From an uncultured virus (IMG/VR IMGVR_UViG_2568526354_000007) (lineage: Duplodnaviria > Heunggongvirae > Uroviricota > Caudoviricetes), in the IMG/VR virus record IMGVR_UViG_2568526354_000007: a DNA stretch of 64,000 nt; one strand, written 5' to 3'. A model generated the notes under the pieces. It did no database searches. It was not told the origin of the DNA and saw only the letters and a program-made list of their open reading frames with translations. The translations under genes were made by a program, and so were the position numbers. The first letter of the stretch is position 1. Each line of letters begins with the position of its first letter. Shown here piece by piece: positions 29,461 through 39,800 of the stretch.

Positions 29461-29634
29461 TGTTCAAACATGTTATACTGAATTGAAAAACCGAATTTGA
29501 TTAATCTCTTTTCCTGGAGAAGAGAGCGTTTGTCATGTGAAGGCATAATGGCCACCAGGTTCTTTGTATCAAACCGGTAACCTTTCTTCCGCATCTGATA
29601 ACGTAGGTTTCTTAAGACGTCTGTCTTCGTTCAT
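29457..29634 (-). pseudogene. Small gene apparently broken by a 1-bp insertion
   Basis: ATG 29634 (MNEDRR) shifts into a frame reading RNLRYQMRKKGYRF...NMFEQ*, which ends in an ATGA overlap with the next gene. The span is 178 nt (3n+1). Confidence 0.5.
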
Positions 29635-29659
29635 GGCATTTCGCTAAAATTGTCTTAGT

Positions 29660-29944
29660 TTACAGAAGACACGGCACACTATCGCAAAGGATAGCGTTTA
29701 AATCCTCCTGTATGGTTTCCTGTTGCTTCTTGTTCAAGTGTACCAGAAAATAACCTTTTCCGCCGGAAAGATTCTTTATCTCCGCCAGATTATACTTCCT
29801 GTCTACCGCATCCACGAACGCAGGGGATTCCATGGGGCGGAAGCTACTGAATATTTTATAGGTTCCACTACTGCCTTCTATTCGTAGCGTGGTTAATTCA
29901 TCAGGGGTGGTAATTGTTGATTTCATCCTTATATTGTTATACAT
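29660..29944 (-). CDS. Hypothetical phage protein
   Basis: 94-aa ORF in the early operon. Confidence 0.6.
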   Translation of the reverse strand: MYNNIRMKSTITTPDELTTLRIEGSSGTYKIFSSFRPMESPAFVDAVDRKYNLAEIKNLSGGKGYFLVHLNKKQQETIQEDLNAILCDSVPCLL

Positions 29945-30228
29945 TAAATTTTTCTTCTATATCTTGATAATCTATACAACTTATAGGAATACATAAATCA
30001 GGTTCTTCTAATTTGATGTCAGGTCCATAACATTCTATCTTTTTAGCACAATTAATACAGAGATATTCTTCATCTGCCATAATGTTCCTTTCTATCTTTA
30101 TTTGTGCCGGAGGATAGTATCGAACTACCAATAACACCCGCTTTCGCCCTTCGGGGTTATCTCCACACTCCGGCGGTTATTATATGGAGCGGAAAAAGCC
30201 GCCCGGTTATTTATTATCAGCTTCTAAA

Positions 30229-30778
30229 TCAATCATCCATTTCATCGGAAACAAAAGGTAAATCCAACTGGCAATTATTAGCCCGCCAGTCATCGATCGT
30301 TATTTTCATTACCTGGTTTAATTCCGTCTTAGCTTCGTTCATCAACTTTTGGGCGTCTTTAAAAAGACGCTGGCACTCCTGGTACTCCGTCACTTTCTGC
30401 TTGATAACGGTTTGTTTTTGTTTCAGGAAGGTTTGCGGCTCCGTGAAATGTGCAAACAAAGCCTTGTAACATGCAAGTTTATATTCCAGAACCGACGCTT
30501 TTACGCTTTCATTTACTCTTGAAATATCAATGGAAAACAGCCAGCCGAAAAACATAACAGTAAGGGATAGCATACATTTCACGATCTTTTCCGTCGGCGG
30601 CAACCGCCTTTATCATACAGGCGGTTGGACCGAGGATTTCATCCCGTTCTATCCGTTGCCTTTGTCCTTCCGGATCAATCCCAAATGCTTCACAAATGGG
30701 TCTGATTGCCACAAATGGTTCGTCACCCGTAGATAAGATATCTACATTGTTCACTCTCGCAATAATCTTTGTATTCAT
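30229..30778 (-). pseudogene. P22_AR_N-type antirepressor split by a frameshift
   Basis: VAIRPICEAFGID...AADGKDREMYAIPYCYVF continues as GWLFSIDISRV... in another frame; one extra T in the run at 30548-30552. Confidence 0.8.
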
Positions 30779-30802
30779 AACATTTAAGTCTTAAAAGGTT
30801 AT

Positions 30803-31030
30803 TTAGTCCACATGGAAGATTTTCATGCCCGTTACTTCCTCGATCTTATCCTTGGCAAGTTCGGGAATACGACAACGACTACCCCGCCAATTACGAATGG
30901 TATGTAATGGCACTTTACATGCTTCTGCCAACTTAAGGGACATTTCAGAAGATTCTTTTACCGGCAAATTCAAAAGGTACATTCTTAGTTTCTCGCCGTC
31001 ATCATTCCTTTTTAATTTTTTTTTCGTCAT
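30803..31030 (-). CDS. Cro-like HTH regulator
   Basis: KLAEACKVPLHTIRNWRGSRCRIP; divergent from the repressor gene. Confidence 0.7.
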   Translation of the reverse strand: MTKKKLKRNDDGEKLRMYLLNLPVKESSEMSLKLAEACKVPLHTIRNWRGSRCRIPELAKDKIEEVTGMKIFHVD

Positions 31031-31142
31031 ACCTTTGTGATAAATATACTCATTATTGTTAACTTTACATAGCAAAGGTATAATTATTTTTACCATAGGT
31101 GAATAAAATTCACGTTAATAAAAGTTATAACAAAAGTGTAAT

Positions 31143-31448
31143 ATGGCTAATTTCTTGTTAATAAGAGAGTTATGTGAATTAAAGAAAATCACTATACGAG
31201 AACTTGCTTCACGTATAGGAAAAGAAGATAGTAGCATACAGGCTATTGTTAGAAATGGATCAACGAATACAAAAACCATTGAAGCAATAGCAAAGGTTTT
31301 AGAGGTTCCTGTAGGTGTATTCTTTGATGATATTCCCATAAATGGAATAAAATCAAATGAACTTGATAAGGATGCAAAAATAGCTGATTTAGAAAGGATA
31401 ATTGAAGAGAAGGAACGTCTAATACAAGTCTTATTAAGTAAGAAATAA
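31143..31448 (+). CDS. CI-like XRE repressor
   Basis: ITIRELASRIGKEDSSIQ...TIEAIAKVLEVPVGVFF HTH plus a C-terminal coiled coil; no S24 domain seen. Confidence 0.8.
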   Translation: MANFLLIRELCELKKITIRELASRIGKEDSSIQAIVRNGSTNTKTIEAIAKVLEVPVGVFFDDIPINGIKSNELDKDAKIADLERIIEEKERLIQVLLSKK

Positions 31449-31464
31449 CCTGTAATAGATAAGA

Positions 31465-31720
31465 AATGTAGGCATATTGTAGGCTATATAATTATACAAA
31501 TAATTAATAATCAGGCGATTAAAGAACGTTACTTGAATCACAACGTAAAGGCAAGTAGTCTATAAAAAGACTGCTTGCCTTTCGTCATTTTACTGGTTAT
31601 CAAACACTTAGTACCACATCATTTCAGGTCAAAATCGTGCAAATTTCTTCAAAAAGGTAGAAAACAAATAGAAAACATACCCTAATTAAGGTATGGTAGA
31701 AAGAATTTAGAAAACAAAAA
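31465..31720. other. Putative att junction between prophages A and B
   Basis: ACGTT-N11-AACGT core (31526-31546) flanked by IHF-like AATCAGGCGATTA and TATCAAACACTTA sites and by different direct repeats on each side (TGTAGGC x2; TAGAAA x4). Confidence 0.5.
31547..31582. terminator. Hairpin terminator
   Basis: AAAGGCAAGTAGTC-N8-GACTGCTTGCCTTT. Confidence 0.7.
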
Positions 31721-32883
31721 TGATCATAAGAATAGTCCAAAATATACAGAGAATCAATAAAGAGGGTAATGCTCCTCTCTATATATCCTTTTATTTAGGA
31801 AAGGAAAAAGTTGTTATACCTTGTAAGTTATCTGTGCCTACAACTAAATTTGATTCTAAAACAGGAATGCTCAGAGGTACTAATAAGGAAGCAAAAGATA
31901 TTAATCTCATCATAGAACGGTTGAAAGCAAAAGTTAATGATATTCTCGTTAAGTATAGGCTCAAAAATCTCACACTGAATAAAGAAGCTTTTATAAGGGA
32001 ATATAACAACCCTTCAGATTTTAAATCCTTTCATGACTTTGTAGCATCTTATATGAAGACTTACAGTAGGAGATTAGAAATAGGAACATTTCGACATCAC
32101 AAAAGTTGTATGAGAAAGTTTAAAGAGTATTGTGAAGGCTTACAGTTTCATGAACTAACAGAAGATTTCCTCAGAGACTATCTAATTTATATGAAAAAAA
32201 CTCTATGCAACGCAGATTCAACGGCCCAACGTAATTTATCAACCATAAAAATATATGTATCTGCGGCTATAAAAAAGGGGTATATGGAAAATGATCCTTT
32301 TAAGGATTTTGGTGTAAAGAGAATAAAAGGTAATATTGACTATCTCACCGAAGAGGAATTGATAAAGTTCATTAGTTTATACTATGATAGAAGATTACCT
32401 GAACGTTTAGAACGAACATTAGGTTTCTTTTTATTTATGTGTTTCACCAGTTTGCATATTTCTGATGCTCGACACGTCTGTCTTGAACAAATTAATAATG
32501 GAATACTTACTTATTATCGGATTAAAAATAGAAATTGCAAACCGGAAGCAATAAAAATACCACTTTCAATTCCGGCATTCAAGATCATAGAGGAACTCCA
32601 AGGAAAAAGAAAAGAAGGACACCTCTTTACTTCATTGCAATGTGATCAGGTTGTTAATAGGCAAATTAAAGAGATCGCATCCATATTAGAGATAAAGAAA
32701 AAAGTGTCAGCCAAAACAGGTAGGCATACTTTCGCTACCATATTTCTAAAAAAAACAAAGGATGTAGCGACATTGCAAAAGTTATTAGGACATAGTAATT
32801 TGAAAGAAACAATGATCTATGCGCATGTACTTGATGAAAGCAAACAGGAAGGAATGCAATGCTTCAACTGCTTCGCTATTTAA
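31720..32883 (+). CDS. int: Tyrosine integrase
   Basis: Arm-binding N-terminus, SAM-like domain, GRHTFAT, LLGHS...TMIYAH. Box I reads TSLHISD rather than TGLRxSD. Confidence 0.92.
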   Translation: MIIRIVQNIQRINKEGNAPLYISFYLGKEKVVIPCKLSVPTTKFDSKTGMLRGTNKEAKDINLIIERLKAKVNDILVKYRLKNLTLNKEAFIREYNNPSDFKSFHDFVASYMKTYSRRLEIGTFRHHKSCMRKFKEYCEGLQFHELTEDFLRDYLIYMKKTLCNADSTAQRNLSTIKIYVSAAIKKGYMENDPFKDFGVKRIKGNIDYLTEEELIKFISLYYDRRLPERLERTLGFFLFMCFTSLHISDARHVCLEQINNGILTYYRIKNRNCKPEAIKIPLSIPAFKIIEELQGKRKEGHLFTSLQCDQVVNRQIKEIASILEIKKKVSAKTGRHTFATIFLKKTKDVATLQKLLGHSNLKETMIYAHVLDESKQEGMQCFNCFAI

Positions 32884-32930
32884 TTGTACTTTTGTGCGGT
32901 TAAGAGTTATCCTTCTGATAAATAAAAAGA

Positions 32931-32972
32931 TGCGGGCGCACAATATTTGTACAACTTAGTACAACGCCCGCA
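32931..32972. terminator. Hairpin between the convergent integrase and lysin genes
   Basis: TGCGGGCG...CGCCCGCA inverted repeat. Confidence 0.55.
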
Positions 32973-32978
32973 CTATTT

Positions 32979-33380
32979 TTACTTCATTAACAAATCCCAT
33001 CCGGCTTCAATATCTGCCATGACTGCGGGAACTCCGTTTTCTACTTGGCTGATGGCCGCGGCAAAGGCACACATTGTGGCTTTGTCGTCGATGTCTGGAA
33101 TATAAGTAGACGGTACCTGCATTTCACTGCATACACGGGTAATGTATCCTGATGTATTGTTTTCACAAGGTGGTGCATATCTGTTTATAAACTCAGCAAT
33201 AGTTTGTCGGTTATGTAGTTTCCGGTAGTTTTGCAGTAACTTGATCAAAGCACGATAGCCGTATGCCATCGAAATAAATTGCTTAAAACTTTTGTCTTGG
33301 CTGGGTACAATCTCACCTTGCCATTTATCCCGGTCATGTCTAATATTACCGGGATTGTTGTTTCGTAATCCTCTACTCAT
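32979..33380 (-). CDS. Lysozyme-like lysin/virion protein (NNPGNIR family)
   Basis: RGLRNNNPGNIR...GYRAL...INRYAPPCENNT motifs. Confidence 0.75.
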   Translation of the reverse strand: MSRGLRNNNPGNIRHDRDKWQGEIVPSQDKSFKQFISMAYGYRALIKLLQNYRKLHNRQTIAEFINRYAPPCENNTSGYITRVCSEMQVPSTYIPDIDDKATMCAFAAAISQVENGVPAVMADIEAGWDLLMK

Positions 33381-33490
33381 TTTTTTGTTTTTCTAATTAT
33401 TGATATTATATCTACGATGCCTTTGTCACCCCAATATTAATTGGGTGCGATCTTATAGACAGTATGATTCGTAATAACCGTACTGCTCTT

Positions 33491-34096
33491 TTAGTCAATA
33501 AACTCTTCGTACAGTACCTCCATAAAATCGGCACTTTTCATTGTGCCGGGAAAGATCATATTCTTACCGTTATAGGGCATACACAAATCAAGATTATAGC
33601 TCTCAGCGGTATTGACATTCAAGATTTCATCGAACTCTTTCTGAGTGAATTTCTTTTCTTCCATCTCCACTTCTTCATCCAACTTCTCAGATTTGAAGTT
33701 AGTGACCTCTTCCATATACTTATTGAAAATTGGCATGAAAGTTTCATGCTTGTCGTATTCCTCTTCAGTGAGGGCAGATTTTAGCATTTCAGGAGTAAGG
33801 TTACGAATGTCCTTATCTCCACGGGCCTTATTTTCCAGTTCGTCTATTTCCTGAAGCTGTGTATCATAACCCTCCGGCTTCAGCCCCTCACGGGCTTCCT
33901 TTACATCCTCTTCAAACTGCTTGCGAAATTTGCCGTAATAAATACGGGTCATCATCACTTTAGATTTGAGCTCTGCCGACAGTTCCTTATCTTTATAAGC
34001 AAGAAGAACGGCTTTCAGGATAGATGCCTTTTTAATTGCATCACTAAGTTTCACTTTCACGATTTTCTTTTCTGTTTTTGTTTCTTGATTTTCCAT
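33491..34096 (-). CDS. Hypothetical acidic helical protein (possible fibre chaperone)
   Basis: 201 aa at the end of the tail-fibre cluster. Confidence 0.6.
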   Translation of the reverse strand: MENQETKTEKKIVKVKLSDAIKKASILKAVLLAYKDKELSAELKSKVMMTRIYYGKFRKQFEEDVKEAREGLKPEGYDTQLQEIDELENKARGDKDIRNLTPEMLKSALTEEEYDKHETFMPIFNKYMEEVTNFKSEKLDEEVEMEEKKFTQKEFDEILNVNTAESYNLDLCMPYNGKNMIFPGTMKSADFMEVLYEEFID

Positions 34097-34112
34097 TGAT
34101 TTTGTTTTAATG

Positions 34113-34442
34113 TTATTCTACGATAGTGTTAAATATCATACCGGATACGGCCTGTTCAACAGCTTTCTCAAATTCGATGCCGGCTGTCAGAGCCTGGTCC
34201 CGTTCCGGTTCATTTTCCTCAGATGGATTGACCATATCGTTCAGTCCACGGGTAACCGTAAAGGAATACTTGAAAGGTGCCATGGCCTTCGAATCTGTTT
34301 TTTGTACGGAAGCGTCAATGCGCTTGATCCGTTTACTGTCGTTATAGACTTCGACCGTTCCGGATACTTTAAATCCGTTGATCTCTTTCTCCACTTTCAT
34401 GGAAGTGGTTACGTTACTGATTTTTGTTTCTTGATTTTCCAT
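34113..34442 (-). CDS. Hypothetical protein
   Basis: 109 aa; same first 7 codons as the downstream gene. Confidence 0.65.
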   Translation of the reverse strand: MENQETKISNVTTSMKVEKEINGFKVSGTVEVYNDSKRIKRIDASVQKTDSKAMAPFKYSFTVTRGLNDMVNPSEENEPERDQALTAGIEFEKAVEQAVSGMIFNTIVE

Positions 34443-34451
34443 TATTCTAAG

Positions 34452-35519
34452 TTATTTGGCTCTAAAGAAGATAGAACCGGATTGATAATTGTCTCCTAAG
34501 TATCTCGCTGTATAGTTTACATAGTTATTTTGAGAAGTCTGTACACGAGTAAATGATTGAGAGTTGAATGTATACGACTCTCCCTGTGACAGCATTTCTC
34601 CGATCGGAGCAGGAGATAAAGACTCACCCATACCACCGAGGAAAGCACCAATCGGATCAGACTCAAGGAATACTGAGAATCGGGCTTTCTCCCATGCTCC
34701 TTTAATAGACGTAAATGTACATTCCAAATGATATTCATTCGCAAAGTCATTAACGACCTTATAATCAAATTTAAAGCTGTTCGGTACAGGCTTGGCAAGG
34801 GTCTTGACCATGTAAGCTGTCTCTAGAGGACCCTGATTCATTGAAAACAGAGTCACATTTATACTACTGTAAGACTGCTCTGAAGCTTCAGCATAGGAAG
34901 CAACCATATAAACATCCACTTTACCGTCCGGCCAATTCGGAACATCCAACACCACTGCATATTCTTGTTGCTGCATCTCCATAACGGACCTGTTCAGTGT
35001 ACGGAATCGAAGTTCTCCGTTTGCCTGATGCCTTACCACCACACCCATATAAGCCCTGCTGATATCAGCTATATTATTAATTGATATCTCAGCATTCTGC
35101 CTTAGCAGGATGGAGCATCTGAATTGCGAATTGGGATACAGGCCGGGGTCCGGATGCATCGAAAACAGATGTGGGGCTTTAGGATTATAGCCTGCATAAT
35201 CTGAAATTCTCAACGGACTGCCGCTACCGCCGGGAAAATCCCATGACCAAGGAGACATGGGGGAGCCCACAGCCGGGAGAGAACCGGTCGGAGGGAGGAT
35301 GATACCGAAATTCCCATTATCAGCTTTCCACCAGGCATCGGCATCCGTTACAAACTGTTTGTTGAATTTAACGGGCTTCTTCAAAGAGAAGATGTTCACA
35401 TTCGCCCGGACCCCAAAATAATCGCTTGAGTTATCCCCGACGCTACCACCGTTTGCGTTCAGGGTATCGCGAACATCAAGATTCGTGAAACGGTCAGGAA
35501 TAACATTATAAACAGCCAT
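34452..35519 (-). CDS. Tail-associated beta-rich protein, paralogue 2 (candidate receptor-binding protein)
   Basis: Start MAVYNVIPDRF behind AAGGAGGTG; conserved N-domain (NIFSLKKPV...LRISDYAGYNP) and a divergent C-part. Confidence 0.7.
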   Translation of the reverse strand: MAVYNVIPDRFTNLDVRDTLNANGGSVGDNSSDYFGVRANVNIFSLKKPVKFNKQFVTDADAWWKADNGNFGIILPPTGSLPAVGSPMSPWSWDFPGGSGSPLRISDYAGYNPKAPHLFSMHPDPGLYPNSQFRCSILLRQNAEISINNIADISRAYMGVVVRHQANGELRFRTLNRSVMEMQQQEYAVVLDVPNWPDGKVDVYMVASYAEASEQSYSSINVTLFSMNQGPLETAYMVKTLAKPVPNSFKFDYKVVNDFANEYHLECTFTSIKGAWEKARFSVFLESDPIGAFLGGMGESLSPAPIGEMLSQGESYTFNSQSFTRVQTSQNNYVNYTARYLGDNYQSGSIFFRAK

Positions 35520-35722
35520 CCTCACCTCCTTTCCGAAGGAAAGTAATACTGCCAGACAAAGCGATATCGCCAGTTTCACCGTTATAGACATAATCACCTT
35601 CAATTAGTTTTTCATACTCAAAATCCTCTTTCTTTTGTTGTAAGGAGATTTTACCCCCCCCCCATTTTGTAACCATATTTTACAATAAGGTTACCTTCAA
35701 TAAATAGTTTTACTCTTTCCAT
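35506..35722 (-). pseudogene. Poly-G-interrupted small ORF (phase-variable candidate, OFF as sequenced)
   Basis: G10 at 35654-35663 gives a 23-aa product; G9 gives a 71-aa ORF overlapping the next start codon. Confidence 0.7.
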
Positions 35723-35723
35723 A

Positions 35724-36809
35724 TCATTCAAATCTAAAATAGCATGTAAAATGATAATAATCATTAGCAGGAAGGGCCGGAACATCCGGCATAGAGACCG
35801 GTGTTCTGAAGTTGACGGACTCACCTGCCATCCAGTCGTTTCCTAAGCGTGTCGGTGTAGTGGAAGATGTTATGCTTTGTGCTTTCTCGGCAACAGTAAC
35901 ACCGTCACTTGCACGGGTCGCAACGACTTTTACTGACTTTAAATAGTAATTATTATCCAGTCTGCTTATTAAGCGGCCCTCTTGAAAGAGACTTCCGGAG
36001 TTGATAATCGCCGTACCGATTAAAGATATCTTTCTCGCTTCGATAATGCTGAGTCCAAGGATGCCGAACGAGTAAACATCGGCATGCGGGGTGACGATAT
36101 CAACGGTCGATTCATCAAAGCCGTCCTCTGCGTTCAAGCTGTAATAGGATTGTGTCGTTTCACCCTGCCAGGATGGAACCTGCGATGTACAGATGAATAC
36201 CTTTATCCTGACTCCCGTCTTATCTGATTTCAAGAGCTCGCAATCGGATATGTTCAGAGTTACCCCTCCATTGAAGATTGTAACCGAAAGCGTTTTAATA
36301 AGCGTCCGGGCTCCGTATGTGACAGCACATCCCAAATATGAATTAGATGGGAATATATCGGCCGGGACAACATTGTATGTTGAATCAAGTGATTTCAGCA
36401 TCAACTTCACAACAGTGGCACTGCCGGAGGCAAGGATAAGTCCGGAGGGAAGCATGGTAGTGAATGGTACGGTAGCTTCCGGATTGTATCCGGCAAAATC
36501 ACCGACACGCAGGTTATACGATCCCTGAACAGGTATATCATAGGTGCAAGTTCCGGTCAGTAGCGCAATATCCGCTGCACGGGGGACATTGATACCGTAG
36601 TTTCCGGAATCGGCACGGAACCAGTTCGGGTCCTCCGTATTAAACATGATATTTCTTTTCACCGGTTTACGTTTGCTCCACATGTTAATGTGTGCAGCAG
36701 CAGAGAAATAGTTAAGCGAGTTATCGCCCACACTTCCACCATAAGCGTTCAGGGTATCGCGGATATCCAGGTTAGTAAACCGCTCAGGGATTCGATTATA
36801 TACCGCCAT
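35724..36809 (-). CDS. Tail-associated beta-rich protein, paralogue 1 (candidate receptor-binding protein)
   Basis: MAVYNRIPERF...NMWSKRKPV...LRVGDFAGYNP; coupled to the tail-fibre stop codon. Confidence 0.7.
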   Translation of the reverse strand: MAVYNRIPERFTNLDIRDTLNAYGGSVGDNSLNYFSAAAHINMWSKRKPVKRNIMFNTEDPNWFRADSGNYGINVPRAADIALLTGTCTYDIPVQGSYNLRVGDFAGYNPEATVPFTTMLPSGLILASGSATVVKLMLKSLDSTYNVVPADIFPSNSYLGCAVTYGARTLIKTLSVTIFNGGVTLNISDCELLKSDKTGVRIKVFICTSQVPSWQGETTQSYYSLNAEDGFDESTVDIVTPHADVYSFGILGLSIIEARKISLIGTAIINSGSLFQEGRLISRLDNNYYLKSVKVVATRASDGVTVAEKAQSITSSTTPTRLGNDWMAGESVNFRTPVSMPDVPALPANDYYHFTCYFRFE

Positions 36810-39800
36810 TAAGCAGCCCTCCTTTCTAATTGTTCAATTCTGTTTCTCAATTTGATATTTTCCTTTTCCAAAGCATCCATTCTCAACTCTGTGTCTGACT
36901 TCCATTCATAGTCTGAAAGGAGATGATCCCGGAGGAACCGGGCTGCATGCACTGCATACACATATGCGCATACAGCATAGTCCATCGTTTTAAAATTGCT
37001 TGTCTCATGGGTCAGTTCCGGAAGGATCTGCTCGGTGTACTGAGCATAACCACCCACATGGAGAAGCCCGTCACGATCTCTCTTCTTACTGTTCCAGCGG
37101 TAGTAGATAGTGGGTGAGTCTGCGATCTGATCCAATTGCAGGGTTACTTCACCCAGATAGGTTTTATAACGTGAGTCGGAGCCCCAGGTTGAATAGCCGG
37201 AGACATAGTGGTTACCGGTGAAACTCCAATTACCGCCGCCATAGTCCATGATATAGGATTTTCCAGAACTGGAATTGGTTGAGGTTGATGTTCCCCACCA
37301 CCAGTACATGTGATCATTGGAGTGTACACCGATACCAAAGGTATTGTCAGAAGCCCTCACTTCTATTCCTCCATGATCTGACCTGCCCTGGAATACAGCA
37401 TACACATTAAAACCTGATGCGCCTGAGCCGCCATAAATCCCACTTACAGCAAGCCCACCATTAGTACTCAGGTGACCACCGGCATAAATCCTGCCACTTG
37501 CATTAATACCTCCGGCGGTATGGATGGCATCGGAAGAGGTGCTGCCTACATAGAACTGTTTACCATTATAGACACGTACCCAGGTCGAATCTGTCATGTG
37601 GATACCACCGCCATAGGATTCGCAATAGAATCCGTTACTTCCGCCGGCCCTGACCCAACCGGCAGAATATATGTCTGATGTAGTGCTAATCCTTCCGTTT
37701 GCATTTAAGGTACTGCAAGTCCAGGCAGCAGAAGAATGGTTTGAGTTATAACCGGTCCATATATGGTACATTGTGCCATAACTTGTAGCGTGATATTTTT
37801 GACTGCTTATATAAATAAGAGGAGCACCACCCCTTGAAAAATGCAAAGCACACATATCCGGAACATCAGTACCACCATATCCATTAATCCATAAAGTATC
37901 GCCCCAATATGAATCAGGATTAACGCCTGTCATAGCTACTTTGACCCCCATACTATTATTGAAATAGGTTTGAGGATTCGCCTGTTGTCCGCCGACATAG
38001 TTCGGAAGTATAAATGTGGCAGATGCAGAATTACCCATAAAATGGTTACCATACACATAGTTCCATAAGTGCCCGGCATCTCCCAAGCTATAGGTAGAAC
38101 TACTATAAGGTAATACACTTCCATTCACAAACAAGCTATTAGCAAAATATAAACTTCTCGCAGGTTTAGTAATGAAATGTACATATGAATCATTTTCAGA
38201 GCCTATTTTGATTTCAATACCATTATACCTGGAATAAAGGAAACCCGCATCAGCAATAAGGTTACCTGCATAGACATTTCTATATCCAGAACTATCTTTA
38301 AATCTAAAATTACCCCCATTGTCTAATTCTAAGTGACATCCTACAACTCCTGGTTGATGAAATCCGATAGAAGGAGATATAGTAGAACCATTGCCATTAA
38401 TCATTAGAGATGCTTTTTCATAAGTGACTCCACTTGGCTCTCTAAAGTAACAATTAAATAATCTTCCATTAGTATATCCCCAATAACCAACTTGCTTAGC
38501 ATTAGACCTAAATTCTATAATTCCATCAGCTTGCCAATGTAAACCAGTATCGCTGTCTCCAATAGCCAAACTAACAGAAGGACCACCTTCATTGTTATTT
38601 GTTCTATTAATAAATAGTTTTCCATCTGAATCAAGAGTCATTCTATATCCATTAGTTCCAAACCACCAATCGAAACTATAAGCATTTCTGATACCGGCAC
38701 CTACAGTCCATAAAGGTTTATCTGCACCTACAGCTGTATTATTATTGTAATAGCTAATACTTGATTCTTGACCATTTCTATTAACGACCCCTAATTTGCC
38801 ATAAGATGAACCACTGTATCTCACAAATATACCTTCCTCACTGGTTCCGTTACATCTGATTTCATAGTTGCCAAGTCCTCCTCCAAGACCAGATTGAGTG
38901 CTTTTAGCTACTGCAACATGGAACATTCTATCAGCACTTGCTTGTTGAATATATCCCCAGTCTTCTCCTTTAATATCAATGGCCTTTCTATTTAATATTC
39001 TAATAGTTCCTATTGTACCAAGTCCAGTTCCAGATATATCACTTCCAAGTTCAACGATAGAATTTTTTATTTCGGTGTTAAATACCTCTCCACTCTGAGA
39101 ATTGAAATACTTAACATAAAACGGTAATCCTGTAGTACTTACATCATATATAAGGGTTTTGATACTATCTAAACTTGCAGCAGACGCCCATTTAAGACCG
39201 GCATATTTAACTCCATTATAAGTAAATGTACAAGGCTTTGGAGCATCTTCACCTTCATTTATACCATAGCCATTGTATAATACGCCAAAGTTAACATTTG
39301 TTTGATTGTACCTTTTGATAACATTAAATTGTACAGAACCATTGGGATAAATGCCATTTCCTCTTCTGTAAAACATAGTACCGCTTGCATAATTATATTC
39401 AGAATCAGCAGGACTAAGTCTACATAAAGCAACTACCCACCACCCATAGTCTGAATATATATTTTGTCCCTCAAAGTAAGGAGTTGCAACTTTATTACAA
39501 TCTTCAAGAAAAGCTATACCTTTCCAATCAGTAGCCCAAGAAGAACCTTTGCCATCCCTATAATATAATCTATTATTAGTGTTATCTGTTGAAGAAGGCC
39601 CAACAAGTTCCCAGGTAGCATAACCTTCTCCCCAACCTTTCACATGAATACCTGACCACCAGTTAGAGGATGGCATGCCAGACATATGAAATAAGCCACT
39701 AATATTATAATTATCATAAGAGGTTGGAAGTATTGTGTCATTTCTTCTATCAATAACTCTTAAGTAATTAGATTTACTTGAATACTGAATACTGTTTTGG

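Larger units (their letters stand above)
1..31550 (-). mobile_element. Prophage A (left part outside the window)
   Basis: Contiguous minus-strand set of tape measure, portal, terminase, capsid, protease and primase genes plus a cro/cI switch. The right boundary is inferred from the att-like junction at ~31526-31546. Confidence 0.9.

Noticed and set aside
31526..31546. tRNA gene at the junction
   Set aside because: Only a 7-nt GAATCAC resemblance; no cloverleaf or T-loop.
32884..32975. att site to the right of the integrase (TTGTAC-like repeats)
   Set aside because: Explained more simply as a terminator between convergent genes; the left side has the better att-like layout. Not fully excluded.
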